A stretch of 64,000 nucleotides of DNA from Minisyncoccota bacterium (GCA_035546575.1 DASZWN010000002.1:96681-160680), one strand, 5' to 3'; numbered from the stretch's first letter, positions 28,197-38,574 are shown. The notes: generated by a model not told the origin, from the sequence alone. Made by a program: numbers and translations.

Positions 28197-28992
28197 ACGC
28201 CGCCGCGGCAGCAGCAACTCGCGTTTGCGTGCAATTATCGCAGTCGTTTTGTTTGTAATCGTGTTTTTGATAGTGACGCTGCTGCGCGACCCGGTTTCGG
28301 GTTTGTTGTGGCGAGTGGCTGGTCCGCTTTCTGGTGTACGCAACAGCGCCGTTGCCGCCACAAGTATCTTTTTTAGCGGATTTTCATCGCAATCAAGCCT
28401 TGCAGCAGAAAATGCCGCGCTGCGCGCCGAGCTCGCGTCCTCGAGCATTCTCCTGCTCGACCGTACTATGCTCTATACCGAAAACCTCGATCTTAAATCG
28501 CGCCTTAATCGCAACCCAGGCTTCTCATCAACACTTGCAACAGTTATCTCGCGCCCGCCCGCTACTCCCTACGATACGCTCATGCTCGATATCGGCTCGC
28601 AACATGGCGTTGTTGTGGGTGACTTGGTTGCAGCCGGCGGCTCGGTATACATCGGCACCATAACACAGGTGTACCCGACCACTGCGCGTGCGCTGCTCTT
28701 CTCGGCGCCAGGTGAGACATATCAGGCAACGCTCGCCGGCACGAGCACGCATGCGGTCATTCCAGTTTCTGTTTCGGGACAGGGGGGTGGCGGGCTCACG
28801 GCGCAAGTGCCTGCTGGTACAGCGGTAAAAGTTGGCGACCGTGTACAATTTCCGAGCATTATTCCGCAATTTATTGCGAGTGTGGTTTCTATCGAGAGCA
28901 AAGAGGCAGACTCGTTTAAAACTATTTACATGCAGCTTCCGGTTAATCCGCTTGAGTTACAGTTCGTCGAGGTCCGCCATCCGCATATATAA
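28177..28992 (+). CDS. mreC: rod shape-determining protein MreC
   Basis: N-terminal TM and coiled coil, then a beta-rich C-domain; position follows mreB. Confidence 0.75.
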   Translation: MTTISPRRRRGSSNSRLRAIIAVVLFVIVFLIVTLLRDPVSGLLWRVAGPLSGVRNSAVAATSIFFSGFSSQSSLAAENAALRAELASSSILLLDRTMLYTENLDLKSRLNRNPGFSSTLATVISRPPATPYDTLMLDIGSQHGVVVGDLVAAGGSVYIGTITQVYPTTARALLFSAPGETYQATLAGTSTHAVIPVSVSGQGGGGLTAQVPAGTAVKVGDRVQFPSIIPQFIASVVSIESKEADSFKTIYMQLPVNPLELQFVEVRHPHI

Positions 28993-29288
28993 TGTACGTC
29001 ATGAATACCGGGCGCCTCATTCTTGCAATATCGTTTGCACTTGCCGCAGGCGGATTTTTACTCCCGTTTTGGCCTATGGAGGTGGTGGGTATACTCTTGG
29101 CCGCGCTTACGGGGCATTGGATATTCGCGATTGCGCTCGGGCTCCTCCTCGACGTTGCGTATGGCGTACCCACCGGCTTTTTCCATATGCTGTTTTTCCC
29201 GTTTACCTTGCTGGCGCTGGCTTCTGTAGCGCTGAGGCGCTTTGGTCTGCGGTACTTTATCGATGCTTCACCTCAAGATACGCTCTAA
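28992..29288 (+). CDS. mreD: MreD-like small membrane protein
   Basis: 98 aa, polytopic, immediately after mreC. Confidence 0.5.
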   Translation: MYVMNTGRLILAISFALAAGGFLLPFWPMEVVGILLAALTGHWIFAIALGLLLDVAYGVPTGFFHMLFFPFTLLALASVALRRFGLRYFIDASPQDTL

Positions 29289-29307
29289 CATGCTAGAATA
29301 GGCCCCT

Positions 29308-30990
29308 ATGTTGGGCCTTATGCGCAGAAAAAAACGGCGATTCTCGCCCGAGATCCAACCAGACGAAATCCTTATCGATTCGTCTAATCTTCCGCAATTT
29401 GATACCGACCATATGGAGGGTCGGATCGAGCAGCCTATCGATCGTCGGGCGCTTTTTATCACCGGTACGCTCGTTGTGTTGATGATGCTCATATATGCGG
29501 GTCGCGCCGCCGATCTGCAGTTTTTAAACGGCACTGCCTATGCAAAACAAGCTGCAGAAAATCAACTTGCCGAGCAGGTATTGTTTGCCGACCGCGGCAT
29601 CATTGCCGACAGGACAGGCCGCGATTTGGCGTACAACACGCGCGCCGCGGTGACCGACGACTATGCCGAGCGCCAATATGCCGACTACCGCGGGCTCGCA
29701 CATGTGGTCGGCTACGTTAAGCCGCCGGCAAAGGATTCGTCCGGTTTCTATTTCCGCACCTCGTATGTCGGGATTGACGGAGTCGAGCACACGCTCGACT
29801 CGATACTTTCGGGGCAAAACGGCACGACGCTCACCGAGACAGATGCCAAAGGTGCGGTCGTGTCGCAAAGCGTAAAACGCCCGCCTGAACCGGGCGCAAA
29901 AGTAACACTCTCGATAGATGCAGAAGTGACCCAGGGTCTATATGACGCGATAGCGCAGTACGCAAATCAATCCGGCTTCCAGGGCGGTTCTGGCGTACTG
30001 ATGGATGTAAAGACAGGGGAGCTTATTGCGCTCACGAGTTATCCGGAGTACTCGATGGAGGCGCTTTCAACTGGCGATGCCTCGGCGCTTAAGGCGCTCA
30101 ATGACGACAAACGCCAGCCGTTTCTTGACCGTGCCGTAAACGGCCTCTATGCGCCAGGCTCAATTGTTAAGCCGATCGTTTCTGTTGCAGCACTCACTGA
30201 AGGCGTTATAGACGAATATAAGCAGATCCTTTCAACCGGTTCGATCAGTGTTCCAAACCCGTATAACCCCAAGCAACCGTCGATCTTTAAAGATTGGCGC
30301 CCGCAGGGCTGGGTCGACATTCGCCATGCGATCGCGGTCTCTTCCGACGTGTATTTCTACGAGGTTGGCGGCGGCTTTGAGGATCAGCCGGGTCTTGGAA
30401 TCGACAACCTCGACAAATACTTCCGCATGTTTGGGTTTGGCTCGCCAACCGGCCTTGCCGGTTTCAACGAGCCCTCGGGCACTATCCCGACGCCAGAGTG
30501 GAAGCTCGAAAACTTCGATGGCGACCCGTGGCGCATCGGTGACACCTATCACACTGCAATAGGGCAGTATGGTGTCCAGGTAACGCCGCTCCAGGCGGCG
30601 CGAGCAATTGCAGCGCTCGCCAACGACGGCACACTTCTTACGCCGACCATACTTGCAAGCTCGACACCGCAAGGCACCAAGCTCAATGTACCGGCGCATT
30701 CCATCGATGTTGCAAAAGAAGGCATGCGGCTTGGTGTCACTACCGGCATTGCAACTGCAGTAAATGTTCCATACGTGCAAATTGCGGCAAAAACCGGTAC
30801 CGCGCAGATCGGTGTTAAGAATGAGTATCTCAATTCTTGGATGGTCGGCTTCTTCCCGTATGATCACCCACGTTATGCATACGCCATTGTACTCGAGCGT
30901 GGGCCTGCAGGTACGCTTGTAGGCGCTTCTGCTGCTGCGAGGGCGTTTTTTGACTGGATGTACGCTAATGAGCCGCAATACCTACAGTAG
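29308..30990 (+). CDS. mrdA: penicillin-binding protein 2 (elongasome transpeptidase)
   Basis: Dimerisation plus transpeptidase domains; downstream of mreBCD. Confidence 0.8.
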   Translation: MLGLMRRKKRRFSPEIQPDEILIDSSNLPQFDTDHMEGRIEQPIDRRALFITGTLVVLMMLIYAGRAADLQFLNGTAYAKQAAENQLAEQVLFADRGIIADRTGRDLAYNTRAAVTDDYAERQYADYRGLAHVVGYVKPPAKDSSGFYFRTSYVGIDGVEHTLDSILSGQNGTTLTETDAKGAVVSQSVKRPPEPGAKVTLSIDAEVTQGLYDAIAQYANQSGFQGGSGVLMDVKTGELIALTSYPEYSMEALSTGDASALKALNDDKRQPFLDRAVNGLYAPGSIVKPIVSVAALTEGVIDEYKQILSTGSISVPNPYNPKQPSIFKDWRPQGWVDIRHAIAVSSDVYFYEVGGGFEDQPGLGIDNLDKYFRMFGFGSPTGLAGFNEPSGTIPTPEWKLENFDGDPWRIGDTYHTAIGQYGVQVTPLQAARAIAALANDGTLLTPTILASSTPQGTKLNVPAHSIDVAKEGMRLGVTTGIATAVNVPYVQIAAKTGTAQIGVKNEYLNSWMVGFFPYDHPRYAYAIVLERGPAGTLVGASAAARAFFDWMYANEPQYLQ

Positions 30991-30996
30991 GTAGGA

Positions 30997-31016
30997 CCTG
31001 TCTGCCGGCAGGCAGG
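30997..31016. repeat. 20-bp palindromic repeat, copy 1 (CCTGTCTGCCGGCAGGCAGG)
   Basis: Member of a six-copy family with consensus CCTGCCT(A/G)CCGG(T/C)AGGCAGG. Confidence 0.6.
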
Positions 31017-31058
31017 TTGACAAGAAGGCTTTTTCGTATACACTGATGCACACACATT

Positions 31059-31529
31059 ATGACTGAAGAACTACTTTCGCAGGAAAAATTTGAGGAGCTT
31101 ACAAATGAACTTGATACACTGCGCACCACGCGCCGTCGCGAGATAGCGGAGCAGCTCGAATACGCACGATCTCTTGGCGACTTGTCTGAAAATGCTGAGT
31201 ATCAAGAGGCACGCGAGATGCAGGGTGCAGTAGAGGACCGCATCAGCAAACTCGAGAGCATTCTTAAAAGTGCCAAAATTGTCGAGGGGCAAAAAAGCGA
31301 CAGTGTTGGCATGGGCTCAACCGTTATCGTCCAGCCTGTAGGCAAGACCGGCAGCGACGACAAACGCACCTATATTATTGTAGGCGCTGAGGAGACCAAT
31401 ATGTTTGAGGGCAAGATCTCCTATCACTCGCCGCTCGGAGCAGCTCTCATGGGCAAGAAAAAAGGCGATGAGTTCTCCTTCCACACTCCACGAGGAACCC
31501 AAAAGTTTAAAATCCTAAAAGTAGAGTAG
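31059..31529 (+). CDS. greA: transcription elongation factor GreA
   Basis: GDLSENAEY coiled-coil motif and C-terminal FKBP-like domain. Confidence 0.9.
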   Translation: MTEELLSQEKFEELTNELDTLRTTRRREIAEQLEYARSLGDLSENAEYQEAREMQGAVEDRISKLESILKSAKIVEGQKSDSVGMGSTVIVQPVGKTGSDDKRTYIIVGAEETNMFEGKISYHSPLGAALMGKKKGDEFSFHTPRGTQKFKILKVE

Positions 31530-31531
31530 AT

Positions 31532-31564
31532 AAAAAGGCCCCGCAACAGCGGGGCCTTTTTCTG
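31532..31564 (+). terminator. greA terminator
   Basis: AAAAAGGCCCCGC-aaca-GCGGGGCCTTTTTCTG. Confidence 0.6.
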
Positions 31565-31577
31565 CTATACTCGCCAT

Positions 31578-33161
31578 ATGTTTTGGGCAGACAGGATAGG
31601 GGACGAGATCGCAAAGCGCTACGGCGGGGATATTAAGGGCGGCAAGGCCGTGTATATTCGCGATGAAAAGACGCTCTCCGGCCGCGTACATATTGGCTCC
31701 ATGCGGGGCGTGGCTATCCACGATGCAGTTGCCGAGTCGCTCAAGCGTATGGATATAGAGCGTATCTGGCGCTACGAATTGAATGACTTCGATGTCATGG
31801 ACTCGGTACCGCCCATGCTCTCCGAGGAGGAGTACAAAAAATATTTAGGGCAACTCCTATGCGACGTACCATCGCCGGACAGCAGCGCCAAGAATTTTGC
31901 CGATTACTTCGGGAACGACTTTAAAAGCGCTATCGAGCACGCCGGGTTTGAACCCGAATATTACTGGGGGAGCGATTTATACCGCTCCGGCCGTATGGAC
32001 GGTGTGATACGCGAAGCGCTTGAGGGTGCCGCAACAATCCGCGCCATATATAAAGAGGTCTCAGGCTCGGTCAAAAACGAGGCATGGCTTCCGATCATGG
32101 TCGTGTGCCCAAACTGCAAAAAAGTCGCAACGACCGAGGCCGAGGACTTTGATGGCAACACCGTCGCAATAACGTGTCATAAAAATAAAACAGACTACAC
32201 GCACGGTTGCGGCTACGAAGACCGCGTCTCTCCGTTCGGCGGCAACTCCAAGCTGGCGTGGAAGGTAGAATGGGCCGCAAAGTGGAAAGTGCACAGTGTC
32301 ATGGTAGAGGGCGGCGGCAAAGATCACTCGACCAAAGGTGGCGCACGCGATGTTGCAAACCATATTTCGCGCGAGGTGTTCAAGTACGAGCCGCCGTTTG
32401 ATATCCCATACGAATTCTTTTTGGTGGGCGGCAAGAAGATGTCTTCAAGCAAGGGCCGCGGCAGCAGCGCGCGCGAAATTGCCGATCTTCTTTCGCCAAA
32501 AATATTGCGCCTCGCACTCCTTGGCAAAGACATCAATCAGCAGGTGAACTTTGACCCGGAGGGCGACACTATTCCTGTCCTCTACGACCAATACGATATG
32601 CTCGGCGACCGCTATTGGGGAGAGATCCGCGATGATTACTCGCGGTTGTTCGAGGTGCTCCACGCGGAGGACATGCCCGAGAAGAGTTTTTATCCACGGT
32701 TCTCGCAAGTAGCCTTCCTCGTGCAGATGCCGCACCTCAATTTAAAAAAAGAAGTCGAGATGATGAAGGGTGAGGCACTCACTGAGGTCGACAACAAGGA
32801 GCTTGAGGACCGCGCATTCTACGCAAAGCGCTGGCTCGAGCTGTGCGCGCCGGAAAAATTTGTATTTAAGCTCCAAGATACGCTGCCCGAGGCCGCCTCG
32901 GCGCTCGCGCCCCTGCAAAAAACAGCGCTCCATGCGCTCCTTAAAGATCTGGAGATGGAGTACCCGGCAAATGGGGAGGCAATGCATGCGCTACTGCGCG
33001 CGGTGCCGGTGCGACCGGCAATTAATATCTCGCCGCGCGAGTTTTTTACCTCGCTTTATACGATTTTCCTTGCAAAAGACAGCGGTCCGCAAGCTGGGTG
33101 GTTCCTGGCAGCGCTCCCAAAAGAATTTGTGCTCCGTCGGCTTAAGGAAGCGAGCGAATAA
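31578..33161 (+). CDS. lysK: class I lysyl-tRNA synthetase (archaeal-type LysRS1)
   Basis: HIGSMRG (HIGH variant), KMSSSKG (KMSKS) and a zinc-binding Cys cluster CPNCKK...C. Confidence 0.85.
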   Translation: MFWADRIGDEIAKRYGGDIKGGKAVYIRDEKTLSGRVHIGSMRGVAIHDAVAESLKRMDIERIWRYELNDFDVMDSVPPMLSEEEYKKYLGQLLCDVPSPDSSAKNFADYFGNDFKSAIEHAGFEPEYYWGSDLYRSGRMDGVIREALEGAATIRAIYKEVSGSVKNEAWLPIMVVCPNCKKVATTEAEDFDGNTVAITCHKNKTDYTHGCGYEDRVSPFGGNSKLAWKVEWAAKWKVHSVMVEGGGKDHSTKGGARDVANHISREVFKYEPPFDIPYEFFLVGGKKMSSSKGRGSSAREIADLLSPKILRLALLGKDINQQVNFDPEGDTIPVLYDQYDMLGDRYWGEIRDDYSRLFEVLHAEDMPEKSFYPRFSQVAFLVQMPHLNLKKEVEMMKGEALTEVDNKELEDRAFYAKRWLELCAPEKFVFKLQDTLPEAASALAPLQKTALHALLKDLEMEYPANGEAMHALLRAVPVRPAINISPREFFTSLYTIFLAKDSGPQAGWFLAALPKEFVLRRLKEASE

Positions 33162-33215
33162 GTATATAAAAAGCAGTAAAGGGCGCCGCGGATTTCTCCA
33201 TGACGCCCTCGAACG

Positions 33216-33371
33216 TTAGTTCCGAAAGATTTCGATGACCAGGGCCATCTTGTCGAGCGGAACCTGCTGCATTTTCTCGCCCAAGTTGACGGCGGTGATC
33301 GGAAGTCCGATACCGACGACAAACGCGATGGCGGAAAGTACAGCAACTTTTTTCTTAGCATGGGCGGTCAT
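33216..33371 (-). CDS. small membrane protein (51 aa), speculative
   Basis: Hand-translated MTAHAKKKVAVLSAIAFVVGIGLPITAVNLGEKMQQVPLDKMALVIEIFRN with a GGAG about 9 nt upstream; below the ORF-track cut-off. Confidence 0.3.
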   Translation of the reverse strand: MTAHAKKKVAVLSAIAFVVGIGLPITAVNLGEKMQQVPLDKMALVIEIFRN

Positions 33372-33503
33372 ATCTCATACTCCCTAGGGGTTGAAATTTT
33401 GACCACCTCCCCGTTAAGCTTCCGGTGTGTATTATACACCCAGTAAGATAATTTGTCAAGGCATCAAAACCTTCTAACAAAACATTAAAACCGTGTTGAA
33501 ATG

Positions 33504-33523
33504 CCTGCCTACCGGCAGGCAGG
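33504..33523. repeat. 20-bp palindromic repeat, copy 2 (CCTGCCTACCGGCAGGCAGG)
   Basis: Upstream of mraZ. Confidence 0.6.
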
Positions 33524-33618
33524 TGTGTATAACTGGGAGCAGGTGGGAGAGAGTGGTTGTATACTGTTATGTAGTGGGATAAAGTGGGATTACGAAATAT
33601 TCACCAATAAAGAACAAC

Positions 33619-34053
33619 ATGCTCATCGGCGAATATCTCCACACTCTCGACTCGAAAAAGCGCCTCTCGCTTCCCACTAAGTATCGCCGCGAAGTCGGTC
33701 GTAAGGTGGTGATCACGCGCGGGCTCGACCAATGTCTCTTTATGTTCCCGCTTGCAACCTGGAAGGGGATTGCGGGCAAGCTCGAGAGCCTCCCATTTGG
33801 CCAGAGCGACACGCGCGGCATGAGCAGGTTCATCTTGGCAGGAGCGGTAGACACCGAAGTAGACGGTGCGGGGCGCATATTGATCCCCGAGTTCCTCAAA
33901 GAGTTTGCCGACTTGCGCTCCCGGGTGATCTTGGCCGGAGTCTCGGACCGAGTCGAGATCTGGAACGACAAGACCTGGGAGGAATATAAGCGCCGCATTG
34001 AGAAGAGCGCAGAGGGTATGGCACAAACATTGGGCGATCTGGGCATTCTGTAG
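33619..34053 (+). CDS. mraZ: transcriptional regulator MraZ
   Basis: Tandem SpoVT/AbrB-like halves with the DxxxR motif. Confidence 0.9.
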   Translation: MLIGEYLHTLDSKKRLSLPTKYRREVGRKVVITRGLDQCLFMFPLATWKGIAGKLESLPFGQSDTRGMSRFILAGAVDTEVDGAGRILIPEFLKEFADLRSRVILAGVSDRVEIWNDKTWEEYKRRIEKSAEGMAQTLGDLGIL

Positions 34054-34070
34054 GTTTTTGAAATAAGACT

Positions 34071-35054
34071 ATGATTCAGACTTTGACTTCCACTCGTGCA
34101 CAGCATCATCTCCGTCGAGAGGAGGATGGTACCTTGCATGAGCGGAAGTCAGCGCCTGCATACACAACGCCGCGAGAGCACACCAGCGTGATGCTCGAGC
34201 AATCAGTAGCTCAACTCAACCTCAAAAAAGGCGAGATGGTTGTCGATGCTACTGCCGGCATGGGCGGGCATTCAGAGGCACTACTCAAAGCGGCACCGGT
34301 TACGCTCCTCTCGCTTGATGCCGACCCGGTGGCGGTTGCAGCAACACAAAAGCGTCTTGCGCCATTTGGCGCACGCGCGGTCGTAGTAGAGGCAAATTTT
34401 CGCGATCTCGAAAAAGTTCTGCGCCATCAAAAAATCGAGACGATAGACAAAGCACTGTTTGATCTTGGCTGGAATATGACGCAGCTCCAATCCGGCCGCG
34501 GATTTTCATTTATGCACGACGAGCCGCTCCTGATGAGCTATGGCGATACTCCTGCTTCGGGCTTTACCGCTAAAGAAATTGTTAACACCTGGGAAGAGAG
34601 CGTGATCGCCGATGCGCTCTACGGCTACGGTGAGGAGCGCCACTCTCGCGCTATCGCAAAAGCAATTGTTGGTCGCCGCGAGATACAACCGATCGAAAGC
34701 ACGCTTGAGCTGGTAGAGATTGTCCGCGACGCAGTGCCTGCATCATACCGCCATGGCCGCATTAACCCGGCAACGAAAACATTCCAAGGCTTACGCATCG
34801 CAGTCAACGACGAGCTTGGAAGTATTGCGAGCGGCATTGCTGCTGCGTGGAAGCACCTCTCGGTGGGCGGCCGTATTGCGGTCATCACCTTCCACAGTAT
34901 TGAGGATCGTGCAGTAAAACGCCTCTTTCTCGAACTTGCAAAAGAGGGAGGCAAGCTTATTACTAAAAAACCGCTCGTGGCCTCGCGCGAGGAAGTGGCG
35001 CGCAATGCTCCGAGCCGTAGTGCGAAGTTGCGTGTGATTGAAAAGACTAACTAA
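34071..35054 (+). CDS. rsmH: 16S rRNA (cytosine1402-N4)-methyltransferase RsmH
   Basis: GGHS SAM-binding motif and the C-terminal FHSIED block. The true start may be the internal Met at about 34191. Confidence 0.8.
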   Translation: MIQTLTSTRAQHHLRREEDGTLHERKSAPAYTTPREHTSVMLEQSVAQLNLKKGEMVVDATAGMGGHSEALLKAAPVTLLSLDADPVAVAATQKRLAPFGARAVVVEANFRDLEKVLRHQKIETIDKALFDLGWNMTQLQSGRGFSFMHDEPLLMSYGDTPASGFTAKEIVNTWEESVIADALYGYGEERHSRAIAKAIVGRREIQPIESTLELVEIVRDAVPASYRHGRINPATKTFQGLRIAVNDELGSIASGIAAAWKHLSVGGRIAVITFHSIEDRAVKRLFLELAKEGGKLITKKPLVASREEVARNAPSRSAKLRVIEKTN

Positions 35055-35059
35055 CTCAT

Positions 35060-35377
35060 ATGAAAAGCATCGCTATAACCTACACTCCGATACTCCACCG
35101 CGTTATTGCACTATTGGCGGCAGTGACGGTGCTCGCCGTGTTTCTCTACGGATTCTTTTTGCTTGAAGCAGTCGCCAACACCGCAAAACGCGCTGCGGCA
35201 GAAAAGCATGTAGCAGAGCTTACCTCGCAGATGGGCGCCCTTGAGCAGCAGTACCTCACGCAGACGCGCGACCTGACTCTCGACCAGGCGCACCAAATGG
35301 GTTTTGAGTCTCCAAAAACCGTTACGACCGTATATGCGGCAGGTCCGTCGAAGGCGCTCGGCTACCGCGCTAATTAG
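35060..35377 (+). CDS. FtsL-like cell-division protein
   Basis: Single TM plus coiled coil; located between rsmH and ftsI. Confidence 0.45.
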   Translation: MKSIAITYTPILHRVIALLAAVTVLAVFLYGFFLLEAVANTAKRAAAEKHVAELTSQMGALEQQYLTQTRDLTLDQAHQMGFESPKTVTTVYAAGPSKALGYRAN

Positions 35378-35379
35378 GG

Positions 35380-36918
35380 ATGAGTACACGTTTTGTAGGG
35401 CGAGTGCGGGTGATAAGCCTTATATGCGCGCTTTGCGCTTGCGTGATTGTCGGCCGCCTTTACATGCTTCAAATACTCAACGGCGACATGTACGAGGCGC
35501 GCGCGCAGGCACAAGCTACACCGCAAACCTCGCCGATCCTCGACCGCAACGCGATATTGTTTACCGATAAAAACGGCGAGCCATGGACAGCCGCACTCAT
35601 GGACAAAGTAGGCACCACAAGCCTGCCTACCGGTCAGGCAGGCGAATATAAGCGCTCGTATCCCGGCGGCTCGCTCGCGGCACAAGAGCTCGGCTTTGTC
35701 GCTTATAACAACGATAACGTCCAGAAGGGGCGCTATGGCTTGGAGCGCTACTATGACCAGACGCTCGCAAAATCGGACGAGGATCTTTACTCAAACTTTT
35801 TTGTTGAGCTCTTTGGCAAGGCAAAATCGGTCTTAAGCGGCGAGCCGCAGAGCGGCAGTATCGTAACAACGATCGAACCTGCCGTACAAGCGCAGCTCGA
35901 GCGCACCTTGGCCGACTACGCCAAGGAGTGGAAACCGAAGCTCTCAGGCGGTGTGATCATGGACCCGCAGACAGGGGAAATTTATGCGATGGCGGTGTCG
36001 CCCACTTTCGACCTCAATGAGTTTAATAAGCAGACCGACCCGCTCATTTTTGCCAACCCGATGGTGCAGAACGACTACGAGATGGGCTCTATCGTGAAGC
36101 CCTTAACCATAGCCGCAGGGCTCGACTCGGGCGTTATCACGCCCACTACCACCTACAACGACACGGGCTGCATCACCGTCGATACCAAAAAGATCTGCAA
36201 CTTCGACGGCGTTGCGCGCGGCACTATCCCGATGCAGCAGATACTGAGCCAGTCGCTCAACGTAGGCGCCTCGTTTGTTGCAACCAAGATGGGTCCGGAG
36301 ATCATGCGCGACTACTTCCTCAATCACTACAAGCTCAATCAGGAAACAGGTATTGATTTACCCGGCGAGATCCACGGCCTCACCGACAACATTGCCAAGA
36401 GTCCGCGCCAGGTCGAGTACGACACCGCCTCATTCGGCCAAGGCATCGCCATTACTCCCATCGAGACGGTGCGCGCGCTTGCAGCGCTGGGGAACGGCGG
36501 CAAGCTCGTGACGCCGCACTTTGTAAAAGCGATCCGCTACGATACCGGCATTACGCGCGACCTCACCTGGGGCTCCGAGCAAGTGCTCAAGCCGCAAACC
36601 ACTACCGACGTCAGCCGCATGCTCACCGAGGTGGTTGATAAGGCGCTCGCAAACGGCGACATCAAGCTCGAGCACTACAGTGTGGCAGCCAAAACCGGTA
36701 CGGCACAGATTGCCAACCCGGCGGGCGGCGGCTACTATACAGACAGGTTCTTGCACAGTTTTTTCGGCTACTTCCCGTCATACGACGCAAAATTCATAGT
36801 CTTCCTTTTTGCGCTCGAGCCAAATGGCGCGCCATTCGCCTCGCAAACCTGGGCGCAGCCGTTCTTCTCGCTTACCAAGTTTCTTATCAGCTATTACGAT
36901 GTTCCTCCCGACCGATAA
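35380..36918 (+). CDS. ftsI: penicillin-binding protein (FtsI/PBP3-like transpeptidase)
   Basis: N-terminal TM, dimerisation domain, transpeptidase SxxK/SxN/KTG blocks. Confidence 0.8.
   Translation: MSTRFVGRVRVISLICALCACVIVGRLYMLQILNGDMYEARAQAQATPQTSPILDRNAILFTDKNGEPWTAALMDKVGTTSLPTGQAGEYKRSYPGGSLAAQELGFVAYNNDNVQKGRYGLERYYDQTLAKSDEDLYSNFFVELFGKAKSVLSGEPQSGSIVTTIEPAVQAQLERTLADYAKEWKPKLSGGVIMDPQTGEIYAMAVSPTFDLNEFNKQTDPLIFANPMVQNDYEMGSIVKPLTIAAGLDSGVITPTTTYNDTGCITVDTKKICNFDGVARGTIPMQQILSQSLNVGASFVATKMGPEIMRDYFLNHYKLNQETGIDLPGEIHGLTDNIAKSPRQVEYDTASFGQGIAITPIETVRALAALGNGGKLVTPHFVKAIRYDTGITRDLTWGSEQVLKPQTTTDVSRMLTEVVDKALANGDIKLEHYSVAAKTGTAQIANPAGGGYYTDRFLHSFFGYFPSYDAKFIVFLFALEPNGAPFASQTWAQPFFSLTKFLISYYDVPPDR
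35622..35642. repeat. palindromic repeat, copy 3, embedded in the ftsI CDS (CCTGCCTACCGGTCAGGCAGG)
   Basis: In-frame, encoding SLPTGQAG. Confidence 0.5.
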
Positions 36919-36929
36919 TTTACTACTCT

Positions 36930-38228
36930 ATGCGTCTATTTTTAAAAAAAATTGTTGCAAAAGCGCTCACCTGGGAGGCTCGCCTTGTTATCGGCAAATA
37001 TAAGCCGCGGATTGTCGCTATTACCGGCAGTGTCGGCAAGACATCGACCAAAGATGCTATCTATAGCGTTGTAGCAGGGGACGCATATGCACGCAAAAGC
37101 GAGAAAAGTTTTAACAGCGAAATAGGATTGCCGCTTACGGTATTGGGGCAGCCGAATGCGTGGAGCAATCCGCTGCGATGGTTTGAGAATTTATTTGATG
37201 GTTTCTTGTTGTGGATACTTCCTAAACGCTACCCTGCGTGGCTCGTGCTCGAGGTTGGTGCCGATCGTCCGGGCGATATCCGCTCGCTTGCGCATTGGTT
37301 ACCCGTGGATATCGCAGTGGTTACCCGTTTGCCCGAGGTGCCGGTGCATGTCGAGTTTTTTGAGTCGGTTGAAGCGCTCAAAGAGGAAAAAGCTTCTCTT
37401 ATTAAAGCAGTGAAGCCGGGCGGCGCGCTTGTATTGTATGCCGACGACCCGGAGGTAGTAGGCTTGCGTAATCGTGCGCCTGGGGCGCACATCATTACAT
37501 TTGGGTTTGTCGAGTCGGCAGATGTGCGCGCCACCAATGTTGAGATTATATTTGCTGACGACAAAAAACATGTGCCTACTGGCATGCAAGCACGTATCGA
37601 GGTGGAGGGCGCCTCGCAAGAGCTTGTTATCCGCGGCGCTATAGGTGCGCACGCGCTTTTGCCCGCGCTTGCCGCAGTTGCGGTAGGGAAGGCGCTGGCA
37701 AAAGACATTAAGCACTCCCTTGAGGCACTTAAAGGCTACGAACCGCCGCATGGCCGCATGCATCTGGTTGAGGGCCTCAAAGAGACGCTTATTATTGATG
37801 ACACCTACAATTCAAGCCCTGCGGCAGCCGAAGCCGCGCTTGAGGCGCTTGCACTTGTCTCGCATGGTCGCAAAATCGCCGTGTTGGGCGACATGCTCGA
37901 ACTCGGGCGCCACTCGGTAGACGAGCATCGCAAAGTCGGCGCGCACGCGGCAAAAGTAGCCGACTTGCTTATTACGGTCGGATTCCGCGCGCGCGACATA
38001 GCGCAGGGCGCGCTCGACAACGGCATGGCCGATCAAAACATTTTGCAGTTTGAAGAGGCTGGTCCTGCAGGCAAGGAGCTTGAAGGGCGGCTCCAAAAAG
38101 GCGACATTGTTTTGGTAAAGGGCTCGCAGAGTATGCGCATGGAAAACATTGTCGAGGAAATAATGCTCCACCCCGAGCAAGCCTCCGATCTCCTCGTGCG
38201 ACAAGATGAGGAGTGGAAAAAGAGATAG
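36930..38228 (+). CDS. murF: UDP-N-acetylmuramoyl-tripeptide--D-alanyl-D-alanine ligase
   Basis: Mur ligase GSVGKTST P-loop and C-terminal domain. Confidence 0.85.
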   Translation: MRLFLKKIVAKALTWEARLVIGKYKPRIVAITGSVGKTSTKDAIYSVVAGDAYARKSEKSFNSEIGLPLTVLGQPNAWSNPLRWFENLFDGFLLWILPKRYPAWLVLEVGADRPGDIRSLAHWLPVDIAVVTRLPEVPVHVEFFESVEALKEEKASLIKAVKPGGALVLYADDPEVVGLRNRAPGAHIITFGFVESADVRATNVEIIFADDKKHVPTGMQARIEVEGASQELVIRGAIGAHALLPALAAVAVGKALAKDIKHSLEALKGYEPPHGRMHLVEGLKETLIIDDTYNSSPAAAEAALEALALVSHGRKIAVLGDMLELGRHSVDEHRKVGAHAAKVADLLITVGFRARDIAQGALDNGMADQNILQFEEAGPAGKELEGRLQKGDIVLVKGSQSMRMENIVEEIMLHPEQASDLLVRQDEEWKKR

Positions 38229-38276
38229 AGGCTTTATATTCTTGTATTTTTGTGTTATTTTAAGCACGTTCAATAC

Positions 38277-38348
38277 GGCCTTATCGTCTAATGGTTAGGA
38301 CATCGCCCTCTCACGGCGGAAATCGGGGTTCGAATCCCCGTAGGGTCA
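38277..38348 (+). tRNA. tRNA-Glu (anticodon CUC)
   Basis: Folded by eye: acceptor GGCCTTA/TAGGGTC (two G-U pairs), D-arm GTCT-AATGGTTA-GGAC, anticodon loop CT-CTC-AC, T-arm CGGGG-TTCGAAT-CCCCG. Confidence 0.7.
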
Positions 38349-38351
38349 CAA

Positions 38352-38390
38352 AAAGCACAAACACCGCCACTGCTGGCGGTTTTGTACTTT
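38352..38390 (+). terminator. terminator after tRNA-Glu
   Basis: AAACACCGCCA-ctgc-TGGCGGTTTTGT. Confidence 0.5.
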
Positions 38391-38574
38391 TTGTGAGGCC
38401 GGAGCGTTGTTTTGCACTGGCAAAACCGCGAGGCGGGGGCTGCGTGCGAGTTTGCTGACGAGCAAACTCGACATGTGGCTCACCGCGACGGTGAGAAAAT
38501 TACTGTGGCTCACAAGGTAGATACGTATAAGAAAACCCTCGGCGTTTTGCGCCGGGGGGTTGAAGTTGGCTCCG

